NCBI GenBank assembly: GCA_946636615.1
Contig: CAMPBE010000003.1
Coordinates: forward strand, 15,928 to 79,927
Length of the DNA: 64,000 bases
Reading direction: 5' to 3'
DNA from: an uncultured bacterium
Lineage (GTDB): Bacteria > Cyanobacteriota > Vampirovibrionia > Gastranaerophilales > Gastranaerophilaceae
Positions 36,291 to 44,556 of the stretch are shown here, piece after piece. The position numbers and the translations under genes are program-made. The notes beneath the pieces were generated by a model, which saw only the letters and a program-made list of their open reading frames with translations, was not told where the DNA came from and did not search any database. Each line of letters begins with the position of its first letter. Position 1 is the stretch's first letter.

Positions 36291-36318
36291 TAAAGTTTTT
36301 ATAAAAATATGCCGATAG
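36291..36318 (+). promoter_or_regulatory. Sigma-28 (FliA/SigD)-type promoter candidate
   Basis: TAAAGTTT (36291-36298), a 12-nt spacer, then GCCGATAG (36311-36318), 43 nt upstream of the ATG at 36362. The textbook consensus is TAAAGTTT-N11-GCCGATAA. Confidence 0.55.
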
Positions 36319-36361
36319 AGCATAGTGAAAGTTACTAAGGAAATCGAAAGGAAACATCGTC

Positions 36362-38473
36362 ATGGGAATGGCGGCAGGACAAGCAAGATTATTATCAATA
36401 ACATCTCGTATGTCTGATAACGAGCTAAGAGCTCAGATTATCAACAATAATAAGATGCGTCTTGCTGCTGAAAGCTCTCAAGCAAGCGAAGCTTATGTTG
36501 CAGCCTTGAATGAAGCACAGTTAATGTTTACTAATTACGATATTGATAACAATGCAACTTATCAAAATTTAACTTATAATGCGTTAACTTCATTTAATCC
36601 TTATAACAATCAATATGCTTTGATAAATTCATCAGGCAATGTATTGTTGTCAGAAAAGGATGCTGAGAACTATAGAAAATCCGGTGGAAATCTTGATGCG
36701 TTCTTGGGTATGTATGGGCTGGATTATACAACTACATATTTTGATCAATTGCCTGAGAATGTAGAATTTGAAGGCTTTGAAGGTTTGACGGTCGGTAGGG
36801 ATATTCTTGAATATATATATTCAGGCAATGTTCCTGAAGGTACAGAGTTTGATCTAGGTAAGATTGGCAAGATAAATCTTCATCCAACAGGAAGTTCTGC
36901 TATATCTTACATTGGTACTGCAAATTCGGAAGCTGTTTACGATTATGATAAATATTTGCAGCAATATACCGAAACAAAGAATAAATATCTTGGTTATATT
37001 ATGCAAGTTATGAAAGAAGAATTTAAAACATTGGTAAAAGATGGAGATTTCAAAGATTCTGAAGGTAAAGCTCTTGACTCTATAACTGATATAAAAACAT
37101 ATATAAATAGTGTTATTGCAGAAGCAGATGCCGAAGAATCAACAGCACGAACAAGTACATCAAAATTCGAAACTAATGTTGTTGATGCGTTATCTAAGTT
37201 GATAACTAATATGAATGCTGAAAAATATACTAAAAATTCTGAAAGTGCAACTAACTTTTTTATAGATATTGAAAATTTGATAAAGAATAATGCAGGAAGC
37301 ATTGCAAAAGATGAATTTACAAGTGATAATTACAGATATATGACATCAGATGGCAATGACTTGTATATTGTTACAAAAGACGAGACAAATCCGGTTATTG
37401 AATTAAAAGTAGATAATAAAGGAAATTTATATTCTATAAGTGAAACAGAAACAACAGGAGAGAACGGTCAAACAAATTACACTTCATCTGGATATAACGA
37501 CTCTGTATTTAGTGAAGGTGTCACTCCCAAGGTATCATCAGGCGATAAGGAGGGTTGGAGTAAAAATCCTTGGGTAAGTCCAGCTGTTTTCTCAACAGCT
37601 GAGGAAGATACCGTAAATATCGACGGCATGATATTACATCAAGTAAAAAATAAAGAAGTTGATTTTAGTTTATATACAATCAACGATATTGATAACATGG
37701 CAGGTATTGCTAAACAAGTCATTGCAACAATTGAATCTTCATTAGACACTTGTTGGGATTCGACTGCGAAATATTGGTCAGATGGTGCTGAAGATTCAGC
37801 ATTAAAAGCTGCTTATGTAGCTTATCAAGATGCGGCTAAGAGTTTAAGCGAAACAATATTTGGAAAAGACGTACCTGAAAAGTATGACGATTTAGATGAT
37901 ATATACTCACTTTATAATAATTATAATTTTTCCGAACTACCATTTTCTGTTGATTTTAAGAAAGTTTTTGTGAATATCATAATGGATCAGTTATTGGATA
38001 CATATGGTGAACCTAATTATGCTTGGATAGACCAATCTTCATTGCCTACATCAACAAGTTCTTATAACACAAATGGTCAGGCTAAGGCTCAATGGTATGA
38101 AAATCTGTTTAATCGTATAAAATCCGGCGGATATCAGGTTCTTCAAGACGGTCTTGCTTCAAGCAAAGAGTGGATACAATTCGCATTTGAAAGCGGTATT
38201 GTAACAATGGAACAAATAGATTCTCTTGGTAATTGGCAGCCGTTGATATATTCAAATTGTAGTGATATTACATCGCAAACAAATGAAAAAATGATTGCAA
38301 AAGCTGAAGCTGAATACAGAAATGCAATGAATAAGATTGAAAACAAAGATAAACGATATGATTTGGAATTGAAAAATATTGATACAGAACACAATTCATT
38401 GATGGCAGAATATGAATCAATAAAGACTGCAATAGACAAAAACGTAGAGCGAACATTTAAACTGTACTCATAG
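36362..38473 (+). CDS. Unknown 703-aa protein, paralog 2 of the conserved-termini/variable-core pair
   Basis: Long ORF with AAAGGA upstream. Its N-terminal ~115 aa and C-terminal ~150 aa align with 12662..14572, while the centre is unalignable. No signal peptide was seen. Confidence 0.88.
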   Translation: MGMAAGQARLLSITSRMSDNELRAQIINNNKMRLAAESSQASEAYVAALNEAQLMFTNYDIDNNATYQNLTYNALTSFNPYNNQYALINSSGNVLLSEKDAENYRKSGGNLDAFLGMYGLDYTTTYFDQLPENVEFEGFEGLTVGRDILEYIYSGNVPEGTEFDLGKIGKINLHPTGSSAISYIGTANSEAVYDYDKYLQQYTETKNKYLGYIMQVMKEEFKTLVKDGDFKDSEGKALDSITDIKTYINSVIAEADAEESTARTSTSKFETNVVDALSKLITNMNAEKYTKNSESATNFFIDIENLIKNNAGSIAKDEFTSDNYRYMTSDGNDLYIVTKDETNPVIELKVDNKGNLYSISETETTGENGQTNYTSSGYNDSVFSEGVTPKVSSGDKEGWSKNPWVSPAVFSTAEEDTVNIDGMILHQVKNKEVDFSLYTINDIDNMAGIAKQVIATIESSLDTCWDSTAKYWSDGAEDSALKAAYVAYQDAAKSLSETIFGKDVPEKYDDLDDIYSLYNNYNFSELPFSVDFKKVFVNIIMDQLLDTYGEPNYAWIDQSSLPTSTSSYNTNGQAKAQWYENLFNRIKSGGYQVLQDGLASSKEWIQFAFESGIVTMEQIDSLGNWQPLIYSNCSDITSQTNEKMIAKAEAEYRNAMNKIENKDKRYDLELKNIDTEHNSLMAEYESIKTAIDKNVERTFKLYS

Positions 38474-38664
38474 TGCTACGCACGTAGAAACTTGGGTTGT
38501 TGCATAAACTTATATTGTCATTGTGAGCAAATCAAAAGCTTGATTTGCGAAACAATCAAGCTTATTTATCAATATAGTAAAAATATTGCATGTAAAATTT
38601 TATCTATGCATGAACATATTGGCTAGATTACTTCGTCGGCAGTCCTCTGCCTCCTCGTAATGAC
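38473..38664 (+). repeat. 192-bp perfect direct repeat, copy 1
   Basis: Identical base for base to 38733-38924. It starts at the last base of the stop codon of the upstream gene. Confidence 0.95.
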
Positions 38665-38732
38665 ATTATTATCGATGAGATTACTACGCAAACTGCGTTT
38701 GCTCGTAATGACAAAAAAACTGTCATTGCGAG

Positions 38733-38924
38733 GTGCTACGCACGTAGAAACTTGGGTTGTTGCATAAACTTATATTGTCATTGTGAGCAAATCAAAAGCT
38801 TGATTTGCGAAACAATCAAGCTTATTTATCAATATAGTAAAAATATTGCATGTAAAATTTTATCTATGCATGAACATATTGGCTAGATTACTTCGTCGGC
38901 AGTCCTCTGCCTCCTCGTAATGAC
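38733..38924 (+). repeat. 192-bp perfect direct repeat, copy 2
   Basis: Identical to 38473-38664 with a period of 260 bp. The 68-bp spacer contains a further head/tail palindromic unit. Confidence 0.95.
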
Positions 38925-38976
38925 TGTATTAAATATATGAGATTACTAAGTAAACGCATTATAATGACAATAAAAA

Positions 38977-38996
38977 ATCCCCGAACGGGGATTTTA
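38977..38996. terminator. Bidirectional intrinsic terminator
   Basis: ATCCCC-GAAC-GGGGAT flanked by an A-run and a T-run, 15 nt beyond the stop of the minus-strand gene 39011..40369. Confidence 0.75.
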
Positions 38997-39010
38997 GTAT
39001 TATATAATTA

Positions 39011-40351
39011 TTAATTATTCTTACAGAATTCTTCTAATGTAACCCATTGATTATTAACCTGTACATTCATTGTTCCGTCACTATTAGTTTTTACATTATA
39101 ACTTTTATCTTTATTATTATCGCCATCATTTTGTACTATTTTGGTTACATTATATGAATTACTTCTTATACGTCCATCTTTAAATTTAATTGCTCCTCTG
39201 TTAATATGGTCACCATCTTCGCATACAAATTCATATTGGTATCCTTTTTGGGTGATTATACGTTTATCAAAGCTCATACCTGAGTCAACGCTAATCTCTG
39301 CAATTTTTATATCACCATCATATATCATGCCACCTAGATACTCATTATTTGGATTCTCAATTTTATAAGTTTTAGAGTTATTATTGCCATTGCTAGCAGC
39401 AGATTCTTTTCTGTATGCATATAAAGCTTTCATACTTGGTATGTCTAATTTATCTAAGTTCTCAACTTTAAAGCCTTTTATGAAATTACCATCTTCATCA
39501 AATACGCTTGGATTTGCAGCTATTAAAGCTTGTTGTAATTTTTTAATGTCATATTTGTTTATATTGGCAACCTTTTGTTTTAATATTGTTTCTGCAAAAT
39601 GTGCTGCGGCCAAATGACCTTTTTTTCTTGATTCAAGGAATGTTTCTTTTAATTTTTCGCCAATTGCTTTGTCATTTTTTGCTTTATACCAACCTTCAGG
39701 GACTATGCCTCGTCTGCCTCGTGGGACAACCGAAGGAACATTGCCATCATTGCCTTCTGTGCCGTCAGCGGCTGCGCCTTCTTCGGCTGCAGCAACTTCT
39801 TCTTCAGCTGCTGTTTCAGTTTCTCTTCTTTGAGAAGAAACAACTTCTTCTTCTTCATCTTCTGCTTTAGCCTTTTCTTTATCAGCTTCTTGAGCCTCTT
39901 GAGCCATTTCAAACAGTTCTTCCATAGAACTTGCTTTTATTAGATTACCTTTTGCATCTCTAGCAAGAACTGTACCGTCAGATAATGTTTGTATATTTTT
40001 ATATGTACCGCTTAAAATTTGTTGCATTTTTATATCGTCTTGCTGCTCATTAGATACTGCACCGCCACGGCCATCCAAATTTTGCTGTTGCAAATATAAT
40101 CCGGGGTACATTGTTGGCATATATCCGTACGGACTTTGTTGCTGTTGTCTGTTCGGAAAAAAGTTTTCCATTGCCATATTAAAAAATTGTTGTATCATTT
40201 GATACTTCATCATTGTTGCAAAAATCGGCGGCATTCTAAATCCACCACCATGACCTCCGCAGCAATTTCCTCCCGAGTAGTATCCGCCACTCGGAATGTT
40301 ATTATTGACAACTACAGTATCGCCGCCATTCCATGGCCACCAATTCACCAT
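39011..40351 (-). CDS. Hypothetical low-complexity protein (W/G/C/M/Q-rich N-terminus, acidic linker, beta-rich C-terminus)
   Basis: The ORF extends to 40369. The start is preferred at MVNWWPW (40351) because AAGGAA lies 8 nt upstream. No family was recognised. Confidence 0.65.
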   Translation of the reverse strand: MVNWWPWNGGDTVVVNNNIPSGGYYSGGNCCGGHGGGFRMPPIFATMMKYQMIQQFFNMAMENFFPNRQQQQSPYGYMPTMYPGLYLQQQNLDGRGGAVSNEQQDDIKMQQILSGTYKNIQTLSDGTVLARDAKGNLIKASSMEELFEMAQEAQEADKEKAKAEDEEEEVVSSQRRETETAAEEEVAAAEEGAAADGTEGNDGNVPSVVPRGRRGIVPEGWYKAKNDKAIGEKLKETFLESRKKGHLAAAHFAETILKQKVANINKYDIKKLQQALIAANPSVFDEDGNFIKGFKVENLDKLDIPSMKALYAYRKESAASNGNNNSKTYKIENPNNEYLGGMIYDGDIKIAEISVDSGMSFDKRIITQKGYQYEFVCEDGDHINRGAIKFKDGRIRSNSYNVTKIVQNDGDNNKDKSYNVKTNSDGTMNVQVNNQWVTLEEFCKNN

Positions 40352-40483
40352 AACAATATTCCTTATCATATACTTTTATTGCATCTGTATATATAAAGTA
40401 TATACTTATTTGTTTTTTGCCTTATTAATGACATTTCGTTACAAATGTTTACAATAAATCTAATTTTATGCTAAACTGTATAT

Positions 40484-40936
40484 ATGGATAGAAAAATTGT
40501 AACTACTAACAGAAAAGCGTTTCACGACTACAATATTATTGAAAAATATGTAGCCGGAATTGTTTTGACAGGTACTGAAATAAAATCTATTCGTAAAAAT
40601 GCTATTAATCTTAAAGATAGTTTTTGCAAAATTGAGGATGGCGAAATCTTTTTATATAATTGTCATATTTCTCCTTACGAGCAAGGAAATAGGTTTAATC
40701 ATGCAGCCGAAAGAATTAGAAAGCTTTTATTAACAAAAAAAGAAATTTTAAAGATGCATACAAAGGTTAAGCAGGATAATTATACAATTGTACCGCTCGA
40801 GGTTTTCTTATCTCATGGGTTTGCAAAAATTGAAATTGCGTTAGCAAAAGGTAAAAAAATACACGACAAGCGTGATGATATTACCAAAAAAGACCAAAAA
40901 AGAGAAATGGACAGAGCATCTAAAATAAGGTATTAA
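40484..40936 (+). CDS. smpB: SsrA-binding protein SmpB
   Basis: 150-aa ORF with NRKAFHDY.I.....AGIVLTGTEIKSIR and a basic C-terminal tail. Confidence 0.95.
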   Translation: MDRKIVTTNRKAFHDYNIIEKYVAGIVLTGTEIKSIRKNAINLKDSFCKIEDGEIFLYNCHISPYEQGNRFNHAAERIRKLLLTKKEILKMHTKVKQDNYTIVPLEVFLSHGFAKIEIALAKGKKIHDKRDDITKKDQKREMDRASKIRY

Positions 40937-40940
40937 GTAG

Positions 40941-41010
40941 TTATTCTGAGACGAAATATTTTGAGATTCTTCGCTTCGCTCAGAATGACCAGCTAGAGCC
41001 GAAGAATCTC
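40941..41010. repeat. Interleaved-palindrome intergenic element, copy 2
   Basis: ATTCTGAG (40943-40950) pairs with CTCAGAAT(GAC) (40979-40989). GAGATTCTTCG (40963-40973) pairs with CGAAGAATCTC (41000-41010). The A-B-A'-B' order is the same as at 16391-16458. Confidence 0.8.
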
Positions 41011-41017
41011 ATTAAAT

Positions 41018-41959
41018 ATGAAAGTCGTAATTTTAGGCAAAGGGGAAATGTTATCAAATCTTATTGAAGGTACATTAGATGCCGGATGTGATATTGTCGG
41101 GGTTTTACGGTACGAAAGAGTTGCTTATCCTGCTTGGCGTTTGTCGCTTACGGATTTCTTTAAGCCTGCAAATGATTTGACCATTATCAAACAACATAAA
41201 TTGTATGAAATAAATTGTAAATCAGCTAATTCCGAAGCTTTTAAAAAGGAAATTTTACGTCTTAATGCTGATGTAATTTTGGTTGGAACTTGGGGGGAAA
41301 AATTAAAAAAAGATGTAATAAATTTACCTGTTATTGCATCTGTAAATGTTCATCCGTCATTATTGCCAAAATATCGAGGACCAAACCCATATTTACAAAC
41401 AATTTTGCACAGAGAAAACAAATCAGGTTTAACTTTTCACTTGATGAACGAAGAATTCGATAAAGGTGCAATTTTAGCTCAAAAAGAAATTCAAATTTTG
41501 CCTAATGAAACGTCAAAAGAGTTAAAAGAAAGAACTGTTTTTCAGGCAAGATTATTGTGTTCGGAAGTTTTAAAAAAACTTGAATATGGACTTGTTATTC
41601 CAATCGAGCAAAATGAAGATGAAATGTCATATTTTCCAAATATAAGCGAGTATGATAAGATGTTGGATTTTGAAAAAGAATCTGCAGAAGAAATTCATGC
41701 TAGAATTAGGGCTTTTCATCCTTGGCTGCCAACTTATGTTACTTATAAAAATAAATTTTTTATCCCAAATCCGTATAAATTGAAAATAATTTTGGCTCAA
41801 AAAGGTTCAGTCGGTGATATTATTGAGACAGACTATACTCATTGTTCAATTACTGTTCAATGTAAAGACGGCAAAGCATTAAAAATGGACGGTGTAAAAC
41901 TGTATGGATTTTTTAACCGTCCATTTACAAAATTGTTTATAAAGAATATTAAAATTTGA
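41018..41959 (+). CDS. Formyltransferase-family protein (methionyl-tRNA formyltransferase-like)
   Basis: 313-aa ORF with NVHPSLLPKYRGPNP plus a C-terminal Fmt-type domain. The N-terminus is atypical for canonical Fmt, so no gene symbol is assigned. Confidence 0.75.
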   Translation: MKVVILGKGEMLSNLIEGTLDAGCDIVGVLRYERVAYPAWRLSLTDFFKPANDLTIIKQHKLYEINCKSANSEAFKKEILRLNADVILVGTWGEKLKKDVINLPVIASVNVHPSLLPKYRGPNPYLQTILHRENKSGLTFHLMNEEFDKGAILAQKEIQILPNETSKELKERTVFQARLLCSEVLKKLEYGLVIPIEQNEDEMSYFPNISEYDKMLDFEKESAEEIHARIRAFHPWLPTYVTYKNKFFIPNPYKLKIILAQKGSVGDIIETDYTHCSITVQCKDGKALKMDGVKLYGFFNRPFTKLFIKNIKI

Positions 41960-43361
41960 AATTTCTTTCACCGTTTTTAATTTTTTCAAGATTTTCTTTT
42001 ACTTTTTCTTTAACGGTTGTAAGTTGTTCGAGTTCTTTTTTTATTAATTCTTCGCCTACTTTTTTTGTTTCATCTGAGGCATAATCTTCCAAGTATTCTT
42101 TCAAAGTCATTATGGCATTTGGTTGGCAGAAATTGTGGATTTGCTGGCTTTTGCAAATTTCCATAAATTTGTCACCGGTTCTTCCGCTTCCGTAGCAAGC
42201 TGTACAAAAACTTGGTAAATAACCCAATTCCATAAGCCATTTTATAACTTCATCAAGAGTTCTTCTGTCAGAAACGTCAAATTGTGCGGAATCCTCTTTT
42301 TCCGGCATAGGTTGGAAGTATCCGCCAACACTTGTTTTTGAACCTCCAGAAATTTGTGAAATACCAAGATTAAGTAATCTTTCTCTGCATTGGGCAGATT
42401 CTCTGGTTGAAATAATCATTCCTGTGTAAGGAACAGCTATTCTGATGCAAGCTGCAATTTTTGCAAAAGTATCGTCATCAATTCCGTTTTCAAAAGCGTT
42501 TGGATCTATGTCGTCAGCTTTTTTAATTCTTGGAAGGCTAATTGTATGAGGTCCAACTCCAAATACTGCTTCTAAGTGTTCAGCGTGCATTAAAAGTCCT
42601 GCAAATTCATACTTGTATGTCGATAGCCCGTACAAGACACCTAATCCAACATCATCAATTCCACCTTGCATAGCTCTGTCCATAGCTTCTGTATGGTAGT
42701 TATAGTTGTGTTTTGGTCCTGTAGGATGAAGCTTTTCATATCTTTCTTTGTCGTATGTTTCTTGGAACAAGATATATGTGCCAATGCCTGCTTCGTGCAA
42801 TTTTTTATAATTTTCAACGGTAGTTGCTGCAATATTAACGTTTACACGTCTTATGGCTCCATTTTTATGCTTTATTGAATAGATAGTTTTAATAGAGTCT
42901 AATATATATTCGATAGGATTGTTTACTGGATCCTCTCCAGCTTCTATTGCAAGACGCTTATGTCCCATATCTTGAAGGGCAATTACCTCTTTTTTTATTT
43001 CTTCCTGAGTTAGTTTTTTTCTTGGTATATGTTTGTTTTTTTGATGATATGGACAGTAAACGCATCCGTTTACGCAATAATTGGATAAATATAGCGGTGC
43101 AAACAGTACAATTCTGTTTCCGTAATAATCTTGTTTTATTTGTTCTGCGAGTTTAAAAATTTCTTTATTGAGTTCCTCGTCCTCGCAAGCTAAGAGCACA
43201 GAAGCCTCTCTGTGATCTAAACCTTTTGCTAGTTTTGCCTTATCTAATATTTTATTTAAAATTTCTTTGTTATTTTTGTTTTCTTCAGCGTATTTTAGTG
43301 TCTCAAGAATTTCTTCATGAGAAATAAATTCATCAGCGCTATTTGATTTCGGATTGTACAT
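41949..43361 (-). CDS. hydG: Radical SAM tyrosine lyase HydG ([FeFe]-hydrogenase maturase)
   Basis: 470 aa. The radical SAM motif is CVNGCVYCPY. The C-terminal CTAC is followed by exactly 22 residues and then a Cys (the CX2CX22C motif), which distinguishes HydG from the shorter ThiH. Confidence 0.8.
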   Translation of the reverse strand: MYNPKSNSADEFISHEEILETLKYAEENKNNKEILNKILDKAKLAKGLDHREASVLLACEDEELNKEIFKLAEQIKQDYYGNRIVLFAPLYLSNYCVNGCVYCPYHQKNKHIPRKKLTQEEIKKEVIALQDMGHKRLAIEAGEDPVNNPIEYILDSIKTIYSIKHKNGAIRRVNVNIAATTVENYKKLHEAGIGTYILFQETYDKERYEKLHPTGPKHNYNYHTEAMDRAMQGGIDDVGLGVLYGLSTYKYEFAGLLMHAEHLEAVFGVGPHTISLPRIKKADDIDPNAFENGIDDDTFAKIAACIRIAVPYTGMIISTRESAQCRERLLNLGISQISGGSKTSVGGYFQPMPEKEDSAQFDVSDRRTLDEVIKWLMELGYLPSFCTACYGSGRTGDKFMEICKSQQIHNFCQPNAIMTLKEYLEDYASDETKKVGEELIKKELEQLTTVKEKVKENLEKIKNGERNFKF

Positions 43362-43410
43362 AATAAATCTCCCTCAAGACATGATAGTCTGCTGAAATTT
43401 AAAAATCAAC

Positions 43411-44466
43411 TTAGACAATAAATCCGCCGCCTATAAGGTGTTTGTCTTTAATGTCATATATTACGCCGGATTGTCCTTTTGTAACAGAATTTACAGGTTC
43501 TTCAAATTCTATATCTGCAAAGTCTTCAAATAATCTTACGTGTGCTTTCTTGTGAGGCATATTGTATCTGATTTTTACAAAAGCATCAAATTCTGTTTCT
43601 CTTTTGGGGTATGTAAGGTTAATATTCGATATTTTTACTGTTTTTTTGTAGTTGTCTTCTTCTCTGCCAACGTATACTATATTTTTTAAAGGATCAATGT
43701 TAATGACATATAATGGGTATGGGGCTGCAATTCCTATACCTCTGCGCTGACCTATAGTGTAGTTGTGGTATCCTTTATGCTCACCCCATTTTTTGCCGGT
43801 AAGTACATCTATAAAATCACCTTTTTTCTCTCCTAATTTTTTGTTAAGAAAAGTTTTTGTTGTATTTGGTTTTTGAATAAAACAAATATCCTGGCTTTCT
43901 TTTGAATCTTTGGGCGGTAAATCAAAATCAATTGCCATTTGTTTTATTTGAGCTTTTTCATATTCATATAACGGGAAAATTGTTTTTGATAATTGTCTTT
44001 GATTTAATCTGTATAAAAAGTACAGTTGGTCTTTATGTTCATCTCTTGCAGGGTATAGCTTAAAAAATCCATCAGAGTATCTAATATCAGCGTAGTGGCC
44101 TGTGGCAAATATATCTGCTTTTAGAACATCTGTTGCATAATCAAATAGTAGTCCCCATTTTATGTGTTGATTACACATTATGCAGGGATTTGGAGTCTCT
44201 CCGTTTTTATAAGATTCAACAAAATAGTTGACGACTCTTTTTTGAAACTGTTCATATGCATCAAATACGTAGTGCCTTATTCCTAGTGTATCTGCAACAT
44301 TTTTTGCATTCTGCACAATATTTTCTGAAGCTGAGTCGTTTAACATTTTTCCTGTTATGCCGATAACATTATATCCTTTTTGTAACAATAAAAGCGCTGT
44401 TACAGAACTGTCAACCCCGCCGCTCATTGCTACTACTGCCGTCTTTTTGTCTTTAAACATAAACAT
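43411..44466 (-). CDS. mnmA: tRNA-specific 2-thiouridylase MnmA
   Basis: PP-loop AMSGGVDSSV, and CNQHIKWG. Confidence 0.95.
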   Translation of the reverse strand: MFMFKDKKTAVVAMSGGVDSSVTALLLLQKGYNVIGITGKMLNDSASENIVQNAKNVADTLGIRHYVFDAYEQFQKRVVNYFVESYKNGETPNPCIMCNQHIKWGLLFDYATDVLKADIFATGHYADIRYSDGFFKLYPARDEHKDQLYFLYRLNQRQLSKTIFPLYEYEKAQIKQMAIDFDLPPKDSKESQDICFIQKPNTTKTFLNKKLGEKKGDFIDVLTGKKWGEHKGYHNYTIGQRRGIGIAAPYPLYVINIDPLKNIVYVGREEDNYKKTVKISNINLTYPKRETEFDAFVKIRYNMPHKKAHVRLFEDFADIEFEEPVNSVTKGQSGVIYDIKDKHLIGGGFIV

Positions 44467-44556
44467 ATTATATCATACTTAAGTGTAAATTATAATTATA
44501 AAAGTAGCAAAAATTTTTCTTTTGAAGTATTATTACTAAAGCAAAGGGGATTTATT

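Noticed and set aside
38473-38924. Possible CRISPR array or tmRNA gene in the repeat-rich region upstream of smpB
   Set aside because: There are only two copies of a 192-bp unit, far longer than CRISPR repeats, with one spacer and no cas genes. There is no tmRNA-like GGGG...GGNTTCGAC 5' end, no tag reading frame and no T-arm/ACCA 3' end here or in 40370-40483.
41949-43361. Alternative call as ThiH (thiamine biosynthesis tyrosine lyase)
   Set aside because: The protein is about 90 aa longer than typical ThiH and carries the C-terminal CX2CX22C motif specific to HydG. No thi genes are adjacent.
44340-44380. A second GCCGATAA heptamer (about 44361-44370, plus strand) as another sigma-28 promoter
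   Set aside because: It lies inside the mnmA coding region, has no TAAA -35 box at the correct spacing, and is about 190 nt from the next plus-strand start.
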